From the human T2T-CHM13v2.0 reference genome, Homo sapiens, in the NCBI RefSeq assembly GCF_009914755.1, contig NC_060927.1: a stretch of DNA of 64,000 nucleotides; one strand, 5' to 3'. Under the pieces are notes generated by a model. That model was not told where the DNA came from. It saw only the letters and a program-made list of their open reading frames with translations, and did not search any database. Of this stretch, positions 13,285 to 27,000 are shown in pieces. Positions within the stretch are counted from its first letter, which is position 1. Each line of letters starts with the position of its first letter. A program made the position numbers and the translations under genes.

Positions 13285-13430
13285 CTGAGGCTGGCAGATC
13301 TAAACTTTTGAGAGACTGGAAATCAAATTTTCATGTTTGATGTCTTTGTTTCTAAATATTGGCTACTAGTTCAAATCTCTTTCAAACACTCTGGAGGTTA
13401 AAGTCATGCAGGCCCATGTGTCCCTGAGTT
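13285..13430. mobile_element. MER103C-like Charlie fragment
   Basis: GGCAGATCT...GGAAATCAAATTTTCATG...AAATATTGGCTACTAGTTCAAAT...AAACACT. Confidence 0.5.
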
Positions 13431-14674
13431 TGGAATCCTGACCTGGCCCAGAGAACTCTCGTGAGGAGATGCAAAGGGAAGTTTTGCCTATTGTCCTTCA
13501 TATCTTCTACATTCGAAAACAAAATATTAACATTTCAAAAGATTACCCTACTCTACTGGGGCTCTCTCTTGTGCATTCACCATCAGTCTCACAGAACATT
13601 CTGGGGCTTGTGATTCCTCTGCCAGAACCATTCCCAGACACCACAGTGAAAGACCTAAAAGGTAGAGACTAATTCTTTGGTATCTCTTCAATGATATCCA
13701 CAATATTGGGAAAGTATGAAAATAACTGATGGCAATAATAATGGTTGATGATGAAATGATTTTAAGAGCATGAGTCTCCAAGTTTGCTGGACCTTCAGGC
13801 CTCTGTTTTGGCCTTTTCCTCATCTCCTGTCATTTTTGATGATACTTTATGTATATTCCATGTCAATCAGCAGCTCCAGGAGATGGATGGCTATGGGAGC
13901 AAAGATAGCAGGTGGAAGCATTGAGAATTTTCTCTTGCCTGCAGCAGATACATTTTTCAAGCCTGAAACATCACATAAACGGAATGATTTTTTAGATGTC
14001 TTTTATTTTCACTCACTTACTTTTTGTGAGTTTTTTTTTTTCAATTGCTCATTTTGCTTAAGGAGCCTCAAGGCTAGAGTGCAACCGAGTATCATTAATT
14101 AAAATATTTAAAATTATAGCAGTGGTGACAAAGCTCCCAAATAAGCCCAGGCAGCACAGACAGCAAACACAATTATTATCCATAATAACAGCCAAATCAT
14201 CACTACCGCTCTCTATTCAGAAACAATGCATTCTTCCCAAAGTGCTAAGTGGCTGTGACAATGAGCAAATCATGACTACCTAAAATGGGACTAGACAGGA
14301 TCTCTGGGGTGGTTCTCGATCTTTGAGGAAACCTTGCCATTTCTTCTCCCTCAGCCTCTCCTCACATGAGGGGTTTGGGAGCAGAAAGCTGCTGTGTGAC
14401 AGCCACCCACTTCCCTTCACAGCTTTTCTCCAGGAGCCCAGGAGGATATGTGGCAGTGAACCACCCAGGGCCAGGGCCTGGTGTGTCAGTGGGTACACCA
14501 TAAACATGTTAATGCTTTTCCTGCACCTGGAAGACCCCTCTGTAGGAAATGATTCCCATAAAATAAGTCTGCAAGAGTAGAAATGGTAATAATTTATGTG
14601 TAAACTTTTAGATACAGGAACATGTAGAGGATTACCAATGCTATCCCAAATGATGAAGAGAATTCCCTACCCAT

Positions 14675-15000
14675 TTATTCATTTATTTATTCATTCATTC
14701 ATTCAAAATTTATTGAGATCCCAGTATATGCCAGATTCTGGGCCAGGTCTTTTTCTAGGCACCCAGGGGTACTGAGGTGGAAAACTTGGTCTGCATCTTC
14801 AGCAAGGTCAGAATTTAATGGGAGATATGCAGACAGTTACAATACAGTGAAAGGCAAATGGGATGCGAGCAAAGCAGAAGAGTACCCAACCCACTGCAGG
14901 AAGAAAACTAAGGGGGCATGGAGAACTTCCCATGGCAGGAGATGTCTAACTTGAATTCTAAAGGTACTCATAAAGAATGCTATTGGTGCCCCTTCCATAT
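14675..15000 (-). mobile_element. L2 fragment
   Basis: (ATTC)n tail then TTTATTGAG...TATATGCCAG, the antisense L2 3' end. Confidence 0.75.
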
Positions 15001-15054
15001 CTCCTTGGCACTTAACATGTCCCTGAAGTCCCAATTTCCAACTTCCAACTTCCA

Positions 15055-15425
15055 GCCCCTGCAACTCTGAGCCCTAGGGCTTCCTTCAGCTGCCACATGA
15101 GCTCTGCCTGCTGGAGTGGCAGACAAGAAGTGCTGAAGAATTAATCCTTCTTGGAGGCAGTCCTCCACTAATGGCTGACGGAAGTTAGTGGATATTCTAG
15201 GAACCTCGTCCCACAGGTAGAATAACTCAGAGTACAGATCTACACTGTTTCCCAGAGTTCCCCAGAGGGATTAAGTCAGTTGCCCGTAGGAATAACATGC
15301 TTGCTCGACTGCCTTTACTTCCCTATCTCTTACCAGTGCACTTCCCCAATCTCCTGCCAGTGTCTCATGGGATCACCTCTTAAAAGAACTACTTGCACTA
15401 AAAATTTGTGTCTCATGAGTTACAG
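15055..15425 (+). mobile_element. ERVL LTR16-family solo LTR
   Basis: CTACACTGTTTCCCAGAGTTCCCCAG...GGGATTAAG and GGGATCACCTC...ACTACTTGCACT. Confidence 0.7.
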
Positions 15426-15804
15426 GGAGCAACAAGGCAGAGGCAGGACACAGATATGAACTGGGTAAGGCTGAAGTACAGTTAGATGAGAGAAGAGCTG
15501 GTCCCTGCAATAGTGACAGCCAAGGTTACAGATGCTTCTTAATATTTTGTTTTGTTTTTTCGGTCTGTGCCTTTGTGCAAGGAATACTCATATACACCAC
15601 ACATACTCAGGTTAAATATACGAAGTTGCTTACTTTGCTCCTTCATACCACTCTGGGTCTCATTCTGGTTTCCTCTTCTCATTTCATCCCATCTCAATTA
15701 AGTGATCTGGCTCCAGATACTTTTTCTTGGGGCAAGAGACCTGAAAGCCCCATATGACATCCTTATAGCCATTATTCTAATTCCAAAACCATTGGCACAA
15801 GAAT

Positions 15805-16372
15805 CACTGGCCAGTCTCCAAGATGGCTCCCACTAACCCTACTGCACGCCAATATTCTTAGCTTGTGTAGTACCCTCTCACATTGTTTCAAGGTTGGTCT
15901 GCATGACAAAAAGAATATGAGAAAAACTGTAGCATGTGACTTGCAAGGCTAAGTTATCAAAGCTGTTGTGGTTTCTGCCTTTCCTTCACTCTTGGATCAC
16001 TCACTCTAGGAAAAGCCAGTTGCCATATTGTGAGAACCCTCAAGCAGCTCTGTGGTAAGGTCTATGTGGTGAGAAATGAAGGCCTCCTTCCAAAGGCCAG
16101 CAGAAACCCGAGGCCTCCAGCCCACTGTTGTGTGAGTGAACCTTCTTGGAAGCAGACCCTTCAGCCAACCCCAGGCAAGTCTTCAGGATACTGCAGTCCC
16201 AGGCAGTATCTTGACTTTAACTTCATAAAACCCTCTGAGCTAGAACCACCCAGATATCCACTCCCAGATGCCTAACTCTCAGAAGCTGTGTTGTGTGAGA
16301 TAACAAATATTTATTGTTTTAAGGCACGAAGCTGTGGGGTACATTGTTATGCAGCAATAGATAACTAACACA
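15805..16372 (+). mobile_element. MaLR LTR, MLT1F-like
   Basis: Starts CCAAGATGGCTCCC; GGATCACTCACTCTAGGAAAAGCCAG; ends GTTATGCAGCAATAGATAACTAACACA. Confidence 0.85.
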
Positions 16373-16826
16373 GTGTCACATCCCCACTTTTTACCCAACC
16401 TAACCTCACCTCTCAATCAAGGTAAATAAGAAAGGAGGAAAGGATTATACCAAGAGATGAAAGAGATTATAGCAAGGGTGTTCATTTTGGACACCCTGAG
16501 GAACATCCAAAAGAAAATGATAGGAGATGAGCATTTGGAAATACGAAGCTGATATCAATGCAGGAAAAAACTAGGGTTGGAGCTCCAGTATATACTGATG
16601 AGTTGTCAGATACGAAGTCAGTGAAGACATTGTTGTGAAAGAAAAGGCCCAGGAAGTGCATATGTGGTATAAATTGTTTAAATTTTCCCTCTCATAAACA
16701 CTGGTACAGTGGGAAGGGGAAGGTAGAGTTACTCAGTTCTGAGAGTTGGGTTTAACAAGAAACTAAACCTATCATAGGTTTCTCTACTTTAAAGATTAAA
16801 AAGCTCAAAAATCCCGGGGAACGCCA

Positions 16827-16955
16827 GTATTAGCTACTTATTGCTGCATAGCAATTTATTCCATTACTTACTGGCTTAAAATAATGAATGTTTATTATCT
16901 TACACAGTTTCTGTGAATCTGAAATTCAGAAGCTGCTTAGCTGGGTGGTTCTGGA
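16827..16955 (-). mobile_element. MLT1 LTR 3' fragment
   Basis: GTATTAG...ATTGCTGCATAGCAA...GGCTTAAAA...CACAGTTTCTGTG...CTTAGCTGGGTGGTTCTGG. Confidence 0.7.
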
Positions 16956-17589
16956 AATGTATACAAGAGCATTTATCATAATGTTGTTTATAATAGCAAA
17001 ATATTAGAAACCATCCAAATGTGCAATAGGAAATGATCAAAAACTCTGTATCAGCTAAAAATGAGGTTTAAGAACTTTTGCTAACATGGGAAATTGCCCA
17101 TAATATCACTGAAAAAGCATGTTGTAAAAGTATACAGTATGAACTCAATTTTATTAAAATTTTTAAGGTTTATTAAAAAACTAAAAGTGCATGTGCCAAA
17201 ATGGTAATGGTACTTACATAAGTTATCTACTGATGAGTAACAGAGCACCTCAGAAATCAGTGGCTTAAAACAACCTTTAATTTGTTCATGATTCTGCAAT
17301 CTAGATAGTTCTGCTGATATCTCCTGGGTTCACCTATGCAGTTGCAATCACTTGGTAGCTTGACTGAGATTAGAAACCAAAAAGGGCTTCACTCACATGT
17401 CTGGCCCCTCAACTAGGATGGCTGGAACAGCTAGGGCCTGTATAAATATCTCTTTTCCTTTTCCTTTTCCTTCTCCTTCTCCTCCTCCTTCTCTTCCTCC
17501 TTCTCTGTCTTGTCATCTCTCTTGCCCACTCTCACTCTCACTCTCTCTCCATGGTCTTTCCAGAAGGGCAGCCAGGCCTCTTCACACAC

Positions 17590-18539
17590 ATTGACTTATA
17601 TAATTGTGGGGGCTGGCAAGTCTAAAATCCATACGGTAGGCCTGACAGGCTGAAAATTTAGATAAGAGTTATGTTGCAGTCTTATTTTTTTTAATTGACA
17701 CATTGTAATTGTATATTTTTATGGGGTAAAATTTGATGTTTTGATACATGTATGTGTTGTATAATGATCAAATCAGAGTATTTAGCATGACCATCACCTT
17801 GTGCACTTAGCATTTCTTTGTGGTGATAACATTCAAAAGCCTCTCTTCTAGCTATTTTGCAACATTCCATATCTTACTGTTAAGCATCATCACTCTAATG
17901 TGCAATAGAACACTAGAACCTATTCCTTCTACCTAATTGTAATTTTGTACCAATAAATCAACATTTCCCCATCCTCCCCTCTTCTTGCCCCTCCCAGTCT
18001 CTGGTAATCACTGTTCTGCTCTCTGCGTCTATAATATCAACTTTGCCTTTTAATGTCCAATAATGAATGAATGGATAAAGAAAATGTGGTGTATATACAC
18101 ATAATGGAATATTATTCAGCCATAAAAAAGAATGAAATCCTGAAATTTGCCACAACATGTATGAACCTGAAGGACATAGTGTTAAGTGAAATAAGCCAGA
18201 CACAGAAAGACAAATACCACACAATCTCTCTCATAGATGTTGTAGTCTTGAGTCTGAATTCCTCAAGGCAACAGGCTGGAAACTCAAGCCAGGCTTCTGT
18301 GTTGTAATATTGAGAGAATTATTTCTTCCGAGGAAAATCTCAATCTTTGCTCTGAAGACCTTCAACTGATCAGATGAGGATAATTTGTGTGACAGGTAAT
18401 CTGCTTTACTCTAAGTCTACTGATTTAAATGTTAATCACATTTAGAAAATGCCTTCACAAAAACATCTACACTAGTGTTTGACCTAACAACTGGGCCTCA
18501 TAGCCTAGTCAAGTTGGTGCATAAACTTACCCATCACAC
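17590..18539 (-). mobile_element. MLT2D-like ERVL LTR interrupted by an L1MA fragment
   Basis: GGGGGCTGGCAAGTCTAAAATCC ... GTCTACTGATTTAAATGTTAATCACAT ... AGCCTAGTCAAGTTG...CCATCACA terminus. Confidence 0.8.
17684..18236 (-). mobile_element. 5'-truncated, 5'-inverted L1MA (twin priming)
   Basis: Antisense 3' end 17684-~18050, sense segment ~18051-18236; TSD ATGTTGCAGTCTT (17671-17683) / ATGTTGTAGTCTT (18237-18249). Confidence 0.85.
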
Positions 18540-19179
18540 ATGGCCAAGGCCTGAGTCATCATGGGAGGGGGCATGGATACCCAGAAGCATTGGTCATTAG
18601 GAGCCACCAATAGTAAATATATCTGGATGGCAGATTTTTCCTTTTCTTAGGTATGTTTTTCCTTTTCTTATGCATGTTTCAAATTTTCTGCAAAGAGCAT
18701 GTATAACATTTTGGGACAATGATAAATGTTATCATTCACAGTCACTATTTTCAAAATGCAAGATATACAGAAAAGTACAAATCAGCAAATCACAAGAATT
18801 CTTATCAATCAGAAATGATCAGTGTTAACATTTGTGATCTTTCTTTAGACTCTCTCTGATACTTATACAGATGTTAGGATAGAAAGAGAGGGGGAAAAGA
18901 TGAGAGGGACAGAGAGATTTCTAAAAATAAGATAATTCTATAAATGCTATTTGCTATTTGCAAATTTAATTTTTTTCTTGAATGTAACAGAAAAGAAAAA
19001 AAAAGGGAATTTGAAAAATTTATAGCGTATCCAATAAATATTTCTTCATCCCTAAGAGATATTACTACTTACAAATTACTCTAAGATTAAAAAAAAGAAA
19101 ATATTATGAAAACCATTAGGAAGTTGCAGTTGTATTTTTTAAATAGAACTTTAAGTAGTGGACTAACTTGCTGTTACAA

Positions 19180-20300
19180 GCAGCATAGAGAGGATAATAC
19201 TCTCACACTTCCACCTTCCCTCTCTCACCTTCCAAACAGGTTGGCTTTGCTTTGTCAGAATTTATAATAGTAGCATTCTATTCTACAACCATAATTTGCC
19301 TGGAAAAGTAGTTCTTTATTTAAATGAACTCAGTGCTCATCACCAGGCTTTTTTTTTATAGCCTTGCCAAACCTGATCTCATCACCAAAGAGCTTTGGCT
19401 TTATGCAAGCCGGTTTTGTAGATGTACCACTCCCACTGTTATTTCATATTTAAGACTGCTTATCTGTTGCCTTCATACATGGACAACTACTTGGGTGCAT
19501 ATAATTTTTTGAGGTCTCTCCAAACCTCAGAACTTTATAAACATTGCTCCATTATCTTTGAACACTGAAAATTACCATAGTGTATCTGAGGATGCCCTAA
19601 TTTTTCCCACTGTCAGGAAATACTTTGTGCCTAGATGCCTCAGGAATACGTTCTTTATTCTTTAAGTTTAATAATTCAACCTAGAAAAATCCTTGGTGTC
19701 TGTCATTCTGAGTTTGTTTTTCATGGTATGCAAGGTACCCTTCCTAGCTGCAGATCTGAGTCTTCTCTGAATACTTCCTCTGTCCTTTTGTTGAATTCTT
19801 CCCTGCAGGGGCATCAATTACCTTATTTTGAATCACTTTTGTTTCTCTTCCTCTTCTAATTATTTAATCTCTTTTGCATGCAGTATGATTATCTCTAGCT
19901 TTCCTTTCATGCCATTAATTCAGTTTTTAGCTATGTCTATTCTATTCCTTGCTATTTTATGTTACTTTATTTCAATTCATTTCCTTAGGTCTGCAATCTC
20001 CTTTTACAACTCATTCTGTTGTTTTATCATCTCATCTTTGAGCCCTTGTTTTATTACATTTATATTTCTACTAATTTATTCTCTACAGGAAAACATTCAT
20101 GAGAAAGCCACTTTTATCACCCAATTTATATTTCATCCAGATTGGGTTCTGGACTTTTCCATAACATGCCTGACTTTTCCATACCATGCCTGACTTTTCG
20201 ACTAATTGATTTTCCTGTAGTATATCTGCCTAGTTGCTCTGTCATTTCTTTTCATCTTGCTTATGTTTAATGTAAGCATCTCTGTCTCTGACACCCTTCT
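19180..20300 (-). mobile_element. Decayed L1M/HAL1 ORF1-region antisense fragment
   Basis: T-rich sequence with antisense-ORF1-like motifs (TTCTTTATTCTTTAAGTTTAATAATTCAAC, TTTCATGCCATTAATTCAGTTTT). Confidence 0.45.
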
Positions 20301-20994
20301 CTCCCTAACTGGAACAAGTTCACCTTCCCCCACTTTGTACTTCATTCTGAGGCCTGGATGTTGTCAGTCTAGCCACTTTTCTGTAGCCTGAGAGAAGCCA
20401 GAGATCAGCTAGGAATTAGATCTGCTCTTGTTGAGGAATCTGTGCTCCAAGAGCACAGTGCCTTGTGTGTAGGAGACCACTAAATGCCTAAGACCAGGGC
20501 CCAGTGCCCAGTGCCCACAGCCGCAAGAGTGACCGACTCACCCCTTGGGCTTTGGCTCATCCTTCAACCAAGCCCAATGTCTTGGATGATAACAAGCTCT
20601 CTACCCTGATAGTAGGATTGCAAACTGATAACCACCTTTCCAGAAAACAGTTTAGCAATAGGTATCAATATCTTAATATTTATAACTCCAATCCAATAAT
20701 GTCTCTTCTAAGATTCTAGTTGGAAAAAAAAGAGAAAATAAAGACTCACTTGCAAAAGAAATTCTTTGGAGCATCATAGATAATGGCAACAAATTGGAAA
20801 CAAGTTAAATGTTCAGCATAGAGACATACTGTGATAAAGTTTGCAGCAAATAAAATAAGGTTTATGAAGAGCTTTTAAAGATATGACTAAATTCTTATTA
20901 TACTATACTGAGTAAAAAATCAGAATACAAAATTAAACATATGGTAATATCTCAATTATGTTTTCAAAAGGAAAGGAACCATACCCAGGAAGAG

Positions 20995-21120
20995 CCACTA
21001 GACCAAAGCTCCAGGAGTGCAGGAACCATGACTCTTTTGTTCACTCCTATGTAACCAGAACCTAACATAGTGCTTGGCACGTAACAGACATACAATGAAT
21101 ATTTATGAATAAATGAATAA
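20995..21120 (+). mobile_element. L2 3' end
   Basis: CTAGACCAAAGCTCC...TTGTTCACT...GTGCTTGGCAC...AATATTTATGAATAAATGAA. Confidence 0.8.
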
Positions 21121-21344
21121 AATTAATTCAAAGCAAAAGAAATTTATCTCAAGTCTCAATAACAAGAATAATTTTGCTTCTGAATGGCTTTGATTTTATA
21201 GATTTGTGATCTTGCTTTGACTAGTTGAAACTATGACACATTTGATCTATCTGGATAGAGACTCTTACAAAACACATTTTGTATATCACCATCTCATTGT
21301 CCCTACCCTTATTTTCTCTTTGACAGGAATCATTTTTCAAAAAA

Positions 21345-22810
21345 GCAGCTTTGTTGATACATAATTTGCATACCATACCATTCACCCATTGTAAGTGTAC
21401 ATTTCAATAATATTTAGTAACTTTATAGCATTATCAAAACCTAATTTTAGAACATTTTCATCACCCCCAAAAATTTCATCAGGCTCATTTGCAGTCAATC
21501 TCTATACCCACCCCTACTCCAAAGAACCACTGATCAGCCCTCTGCCTAAATCATTGTCTTAACTGCATATTTCATATAAATGAAATCACACAATATGAAG
21601 TCTTTAGCAACTGGCTTATTTCACTTAACACTTTTGAGTTTCATCCATGTTGTAGCATGTATCAATACATCACTCCTTTTTATTGCTGAGGAGTATTCCA
21701 TTGTACGGATAAACCAAACTGTGTTTAGCCAGTAGATGGACATTTGGATTGTTTCCACTTAGAGGCTTTATGAATAATATTGCTAAGAACACTCTCATAT
21801 AAGTCTTTGTGTACACACATATTTTCATTTCTCCTGAGTAGACTCCTAGGAGTGGAAACACTGGCTCATATGGTATGTTTTTATTTAACTTTTTTTAAAT
21901 GTCAAAGTATTTTCCAAAGGGGCTGTACAACTTTATATCCCACCAGCAATGGAGGAGTGTTCCATTTTCTCCACATCCTAGCCAACACTTAATATCATCT
22001 ATTTTCCTTGATTGTAGCCATTCTAGTGGTTGTATAGAGATACCACATTTAATTTTTAATTTGTACATCCCTATTGACTAATAATGTTGATCACTTTTTC
22101 ATTTAATTGGCAGCCACTTATATTTATTCTTTAATGAAACACTTAAGTCTTTGTCCATTTTTAATTGACTTTTCTCATTATTGAGTTTTCAGAGTTCTTT
22201 ATATATTATGGATAGAAATCCTTTATTAAATATATTATATGCAAATAGTTTCTCCATGTCTGTGGCTTGTCCTTGCATTTTTCTTAATGGTGTGTTGTAA
22301 AGTGCAAAACAGTTTTCATCTTAATGATGTCTAATTTATCATTTTGTTCTTTACCTTAAGCTTTTGATGTTATATTCAAGAATTCTTTGCCTAACCCAGC
22401 ATCACAAAAATTTTTTCTGTGTTTTCTTTTAGAAGTTTTCTAGTTTATCTCCTATATTCAGATTTTTTATCATTTCAGTTAATTTGTGTATTGTATAAGT
22501 GTCTAAGTCCATTTTTATTTTTTCAGATGGATATTTAGTTGTCCTAGTTCCATTTGTTGGAAGGACTATTCCTTCCTCATTATCTTGGTACCTTTTTTGA
22601 AAATCAATTGACCATAAATGTAAGAAATCTCAGTTTTGTTTCATTGATCTATATGCCTGTTCTTATACCAATACCACACTGTCTTGATTACTGTAACTTT
22701 ATATTAAGCTTAGAAATCAGGTAATGTAAGTATTCCAATTCCTTCTTTTTCAAAATTGTGTTTGCTATTTTAGGTCTTCATATTTCCACATAAATGTTAG
22801 GATTTGCTTG
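21345..22810 (-). mobile_element. L1MB/L1MC 3' fragment
   Basis: CAGCTTTGTTGATACATAATTTGCATACCATACCATTCACCC 3' terminus; ORF 21670..21861 resembles the L1 ORF2 C-terminus. Confidence 0.85.
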
Positions 22811-23652
22811 ATGCCAAGATACTGCTATAATAGACAATGTTCCAAATCAAGTAAGCCTCTTCTGGAAGTGGTATCAAAACAACTGGATTTCATGGCCTTT
22901 CCTACCCTATCCCGGATGAACTACTGCACCAGTAGAGCTGGAGTGAAGATGGGTGCAGCCCCAGATGAAAACATTATAGACTTTTACTGTTATTAACCAC
23001 GACTCAGTAGTTTTCATAAATAAATGCTTTCGTCACTTTCCAGTAGACTAAAATTATTGTTCTTTATAGTTGTGTTCAGCTTTATAGTTGCATTGGGAGG
23101 GAAACATCTGTTGACCCCCTCATTTAGTCATGCTAGAAATCAATCAGGAAAACTTTTCTTTTAAGGTTTATTTTGTTTTTAATTGACACATAGTAATTAT
23201 ACATATGTATAGGGTACAGTGTGATGTTTTGATATATGTATACACCATATAATGATCAAATTAGTGCAATTAGTATATCCTTTACCCAAATATTTATAAT
23301 TTCTTTGTAGTGAGCACTTTCAAAATCATCTCTTCTAGCTATATGCAAATATGCAATACATTATTGTTAACTATAGTCATCCTACTGTGCAATCGAACAC
23401 CAGAAATTATTCCTTCTATCTAACTGTAACTTTGTAACCATTGACCTACCTCTCCTCATTCTTCCATTTCCAGTATTCTCCCCAGCCTCTGACACCTACT
23501 ATTTTACTCTCTACTTCTATGAGATAAACCTTTTTAGGTTCCACATATGGGTGAAATCGCATGGTATTTGTTCTTCTGTGCTTGGCTTATCTCACTTAAT
23601 ATAATGTCCTCTAGGTTCATCCATGTTGTCTCAAACAACAGGATTTTATTCC

Positions 23653-24044
23653 TGATATGATTTGGGTCTGTGTCCCCGCCCAAATCTCATGTCAAATTGT
23701 AATCCCCAATGTTGGAGGTGGAGCCTGGTGGAAGGTGATTGGATCATGAGGACAGATTTCCCCTTTGGTATTGTTCTTGTGATAGTAAGTGTGTTATCAT
23801 GAGATCTGGTTGTTTAAAAGTGTGTAGCACCTCCCCACTGCTCTCTCCCCCTTCCTCCTGCTCTGGCCATATGAAGACGTGCCTGCTTCCCCTTCGCCTT
23901 CTGCCATGATTGTAAGTTTCCTGAGGCCTCCTCAGGCATGCTTCCTTTACAGCCTGTGGAACCATGAGCCAATCAAAACTCTTTTCTTGTAAATTACCCA
24001 GTTTCAAGTATTTCTCTGTAGCAGGATGAGAATGAGTTAATACA
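23653..24044 (+). mobile_element. MSTA-like MaLR solo LTR
   Basis: TGATATG...CCCAAATCTCATGTCAAATTGTAATCCCC...TAATACA with a perfect 5-bp TSD ATTCC. Confidence 0.92.
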
Positions 24045-27000
24045 ATTCCTTTTTATGGCTGAATAGTATTCCATTGTGTAAACAGACACATTTTTTAGCC
24101 ATTCATCTGTTGATGGACACATAGGTTGATTCCATATTTTGGCTATTGTGAATATTCATGCAATAAACATGGAAGTACAGATATCTCTTCAACATACTGA
24201 TTTTATTTCCTTTTAGATATATGCCCAGCAGTGGGATTGTTGGACCATATGGCAGTTCTATTTTTTATTTTTTGAGGAATCTTCATACTGTTTTCCCTAA
24301 TGGCTGTACTAAATTATATCCCCACCACACTATGTAAGAGTTCTTTCTCCATATTCTCTCCAGTATTTCTTATTTTTTGTCTTTTTAATAATAGCCATTC
24401 TAACAGGGATGATGTTCTCATTCTGGTTTTGATTTGCATTCCTCTGATGATTAGAGATGCTGAGTATTTTTTCATGTATCTATTGTCCATTTGTATGTCT
24501 TCCTTTGAGAAATATTTACTCAGGTCTTTTGCCCATGTTTAAATTAGATTGTTTTGTTTTGTTTTTCTATTGAGTTGACCTTCTTATATATTCTGAATAT
24601 TAGCCTCTTGTCAGATACATACTTTGAAAATTTTTTCTCTCATTTTGTAGGTTGCCTCTTCACTCTGTTGATTGTTTCCTTTGCTGTACAGAAGCTTTTT
24701 AGTTTGCTATAATCCCATTTGTTTATTTTTGCTTTTGTTGCCTATGATTTTGCGGTCTTATCAAAAAAAGAAAAAAAATCCTCGCCCTGACCAATGTCAT
24801 GAAGCATTTCCCTTGTGTTTTCTTCTAGTAGTTTCACAATTTCAGGTCTTATATTTAAGTCTTTAATCCATTTTTAGTTGAATTTTGTATACGATGAGAC
24901 ATAAGGGTATAGTTTCATTCTTCTGCAGATGTGTAAATATCCAGTTTTTTTAGCACCATTTATTGAAAAGACTGCCTTTTCCCCAATATGTGTTCTTGGC
25001 ACTTTTGTGGAAAACCAGTTATTTGTAGGTGTGTGAATTTATTTCTGGGTTCCCTATTCTGTTCCATTGATCTGGGTGTTTGTTTTTATGCCAGCCATGC
25101 TGTTTTGATTACTGTAGCTTTGCAGTATATTTTGAAGTCAGGTGGTGTGATGCTTCCAATTTTGGTCTTTTTGCTCAAGATTGCTTTAGCTATTCAGGGT
25201 CTTTTGTGGTTCCTTATGAATTTTAAGATTGTTTTTTCTAGTTCTGTGAAGAATGTCATTGATATTTTGACAGAGATTGCATTGAATCTGTAGGCCACTT
25301 TGAGTAGTATGAACATTTTAACAATATTAATTCTTCCAATCAATGAACACGGGATATCTTTCATTTATTTGTTTCCATTTCTTTCATCAATGTGTTAACA
25401 TTTTCATCGTAGAGATCTTTACCTCCTTGCTTAAATTTATTCCTAGGTATTTTAATGTTTTTTAATTTTATTTAGGTTCAGGGGTACATGTGCAGGTTTG
25501 TTATATGTAAATTGCATGTCACAGGGGCTGACTACACAGATTGTTTTGTCACCCCGGTATTAAGCATAGTACCTGATTGATAGTTTTTTTACCCTCACCC
25601 TCCTTCCATCCTCCACCCTCAAGCAGGCCCTGGTCTCTGTTGTTCCCTGCCTTGTGTCCATGTGTATTCAATGTTTAGCTCCCACTTATAAGTAAGAACA
25701 TGTGGTATTTGATTTTCTGTTCCTGCGTTAGTTCACATAGGATAATGGCCTTCAGCTCCATTCATGTTGCTGCAAAGGACATGATCTCATTCTTTTTACA
25801 GCTGTGTAGCATTCCATGGTGTATATGTAGCACATTTTCTTTATCCAATCTATCATTGATGGGCATCTAGGTTGATCCCATGTCTTTGCTATTGTGAATA
25901 GTGCTGCAATGAACACATGTGCACATGTTTCTTTAGGGTAGAACAATTTACATTCCTTTGGGTAGATATCCAATAATGGGATTGCTGGGTTGAATGGTAA
26001 TTCTCCTCTGAGTTATTTGAGAAATCTCCAAATTGCTTTCCACAGTGGCTGAATGAATTTACATTCCCACAAGCACCATATAAGTGTTCCGTTTTCCTTA
26101 CAGCCTCACTAGGATCTGTTATTTTTTGACTTTTTAATAATAGCCATTCTGACTAGCATGGAATGGTGTCACATTGTGGTTTTGATTTGCATTTCTTTAA
26201 TGATTAGTGATGTTGAGCATTTTCTATAAGCCTGTTGGCTGCATGTATGTCTTTTTTGAGAAGTGTCTGTTCATTTCCTTTGCCCATTTTTTAATAGGGT
26301 TGTTTGTTTTTGCTTGTGAATTTGTTTAAGTTCCTTATAGATTCTGGACATTAGACCTTTGTTGGACGAATAATAGTTTACAAAAATTTTCTTCCATTCT
26401 CTAGGTTATCTGTTTACTCTGTTGATAGTTTCTTTTGCTGTGCAAAACCTCTTCAGTTTAACTAGGTCTCATTTGACAATTTTTGTTTTTGTTGCAATTG
26501 CTTTTGGTATCTTCATCATGAAATCTTTGCCAGGGTCTATGTCTATAATAATATTTCCTAGGTTGTCTTTCAGGGTGTTTCTAGTTTTAGGTTTTTACAT
26601 GTATGTCTTTAATCCATCTTGAGTTGATTTTTGTATATGGTGTAAGGAAAGTGTCCAGTTTCAAATATGGCTAGTTAGCTATCCCAGCACCATTTACTGA
26701 ATAGGGAATCCTTTCTCCATTGCTTGCATTTGTCAACTTTGTTGAAGATCAGATGGTTGTAGATGTGCAGCATTATTTCTGGGCTCTCTATTCTGTTCTA
26801 TTGCCCTATGTGTCTGTTTTTGTACCAGTATCATGGCATTATGGTTACTGCCACCTGGTAGTATAGTTTGAAGTTGAGTAATATGATGCCTCTGGCTTTG
26901 TTGTTTTTGCTTAGGATTGCCTTGGCCATTTGGGCTCATTTTTTATTCCATATGAATTTTAGAATAGTTTTTTCTAATTCAGTGAAGAATGTCAGTGGTA

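Larger units (their letters stand above)
17218..18615 (-). mobile_element. MLT1 (G/H-like) LTR interrupted by MLT2D
   Basis: MLT1 motifs at 17218-17585 (CAGTGGCTTAAAACAAC, TCACTCACATGTCTGG) resume at 18540-18615 (GGGCATGGATACC...GGTCATTAGGAGCCA). Confidence 0.6.

Noticed and set aside
13844-13962. Peptide AIFAPIAIHLLELLIDME, loosely vinculin/catenin-like, as a pseudogene exon
   Set aside because: Resemblance is a few hydrophobic residues, a stop follows immediately and no supporting exons were found.
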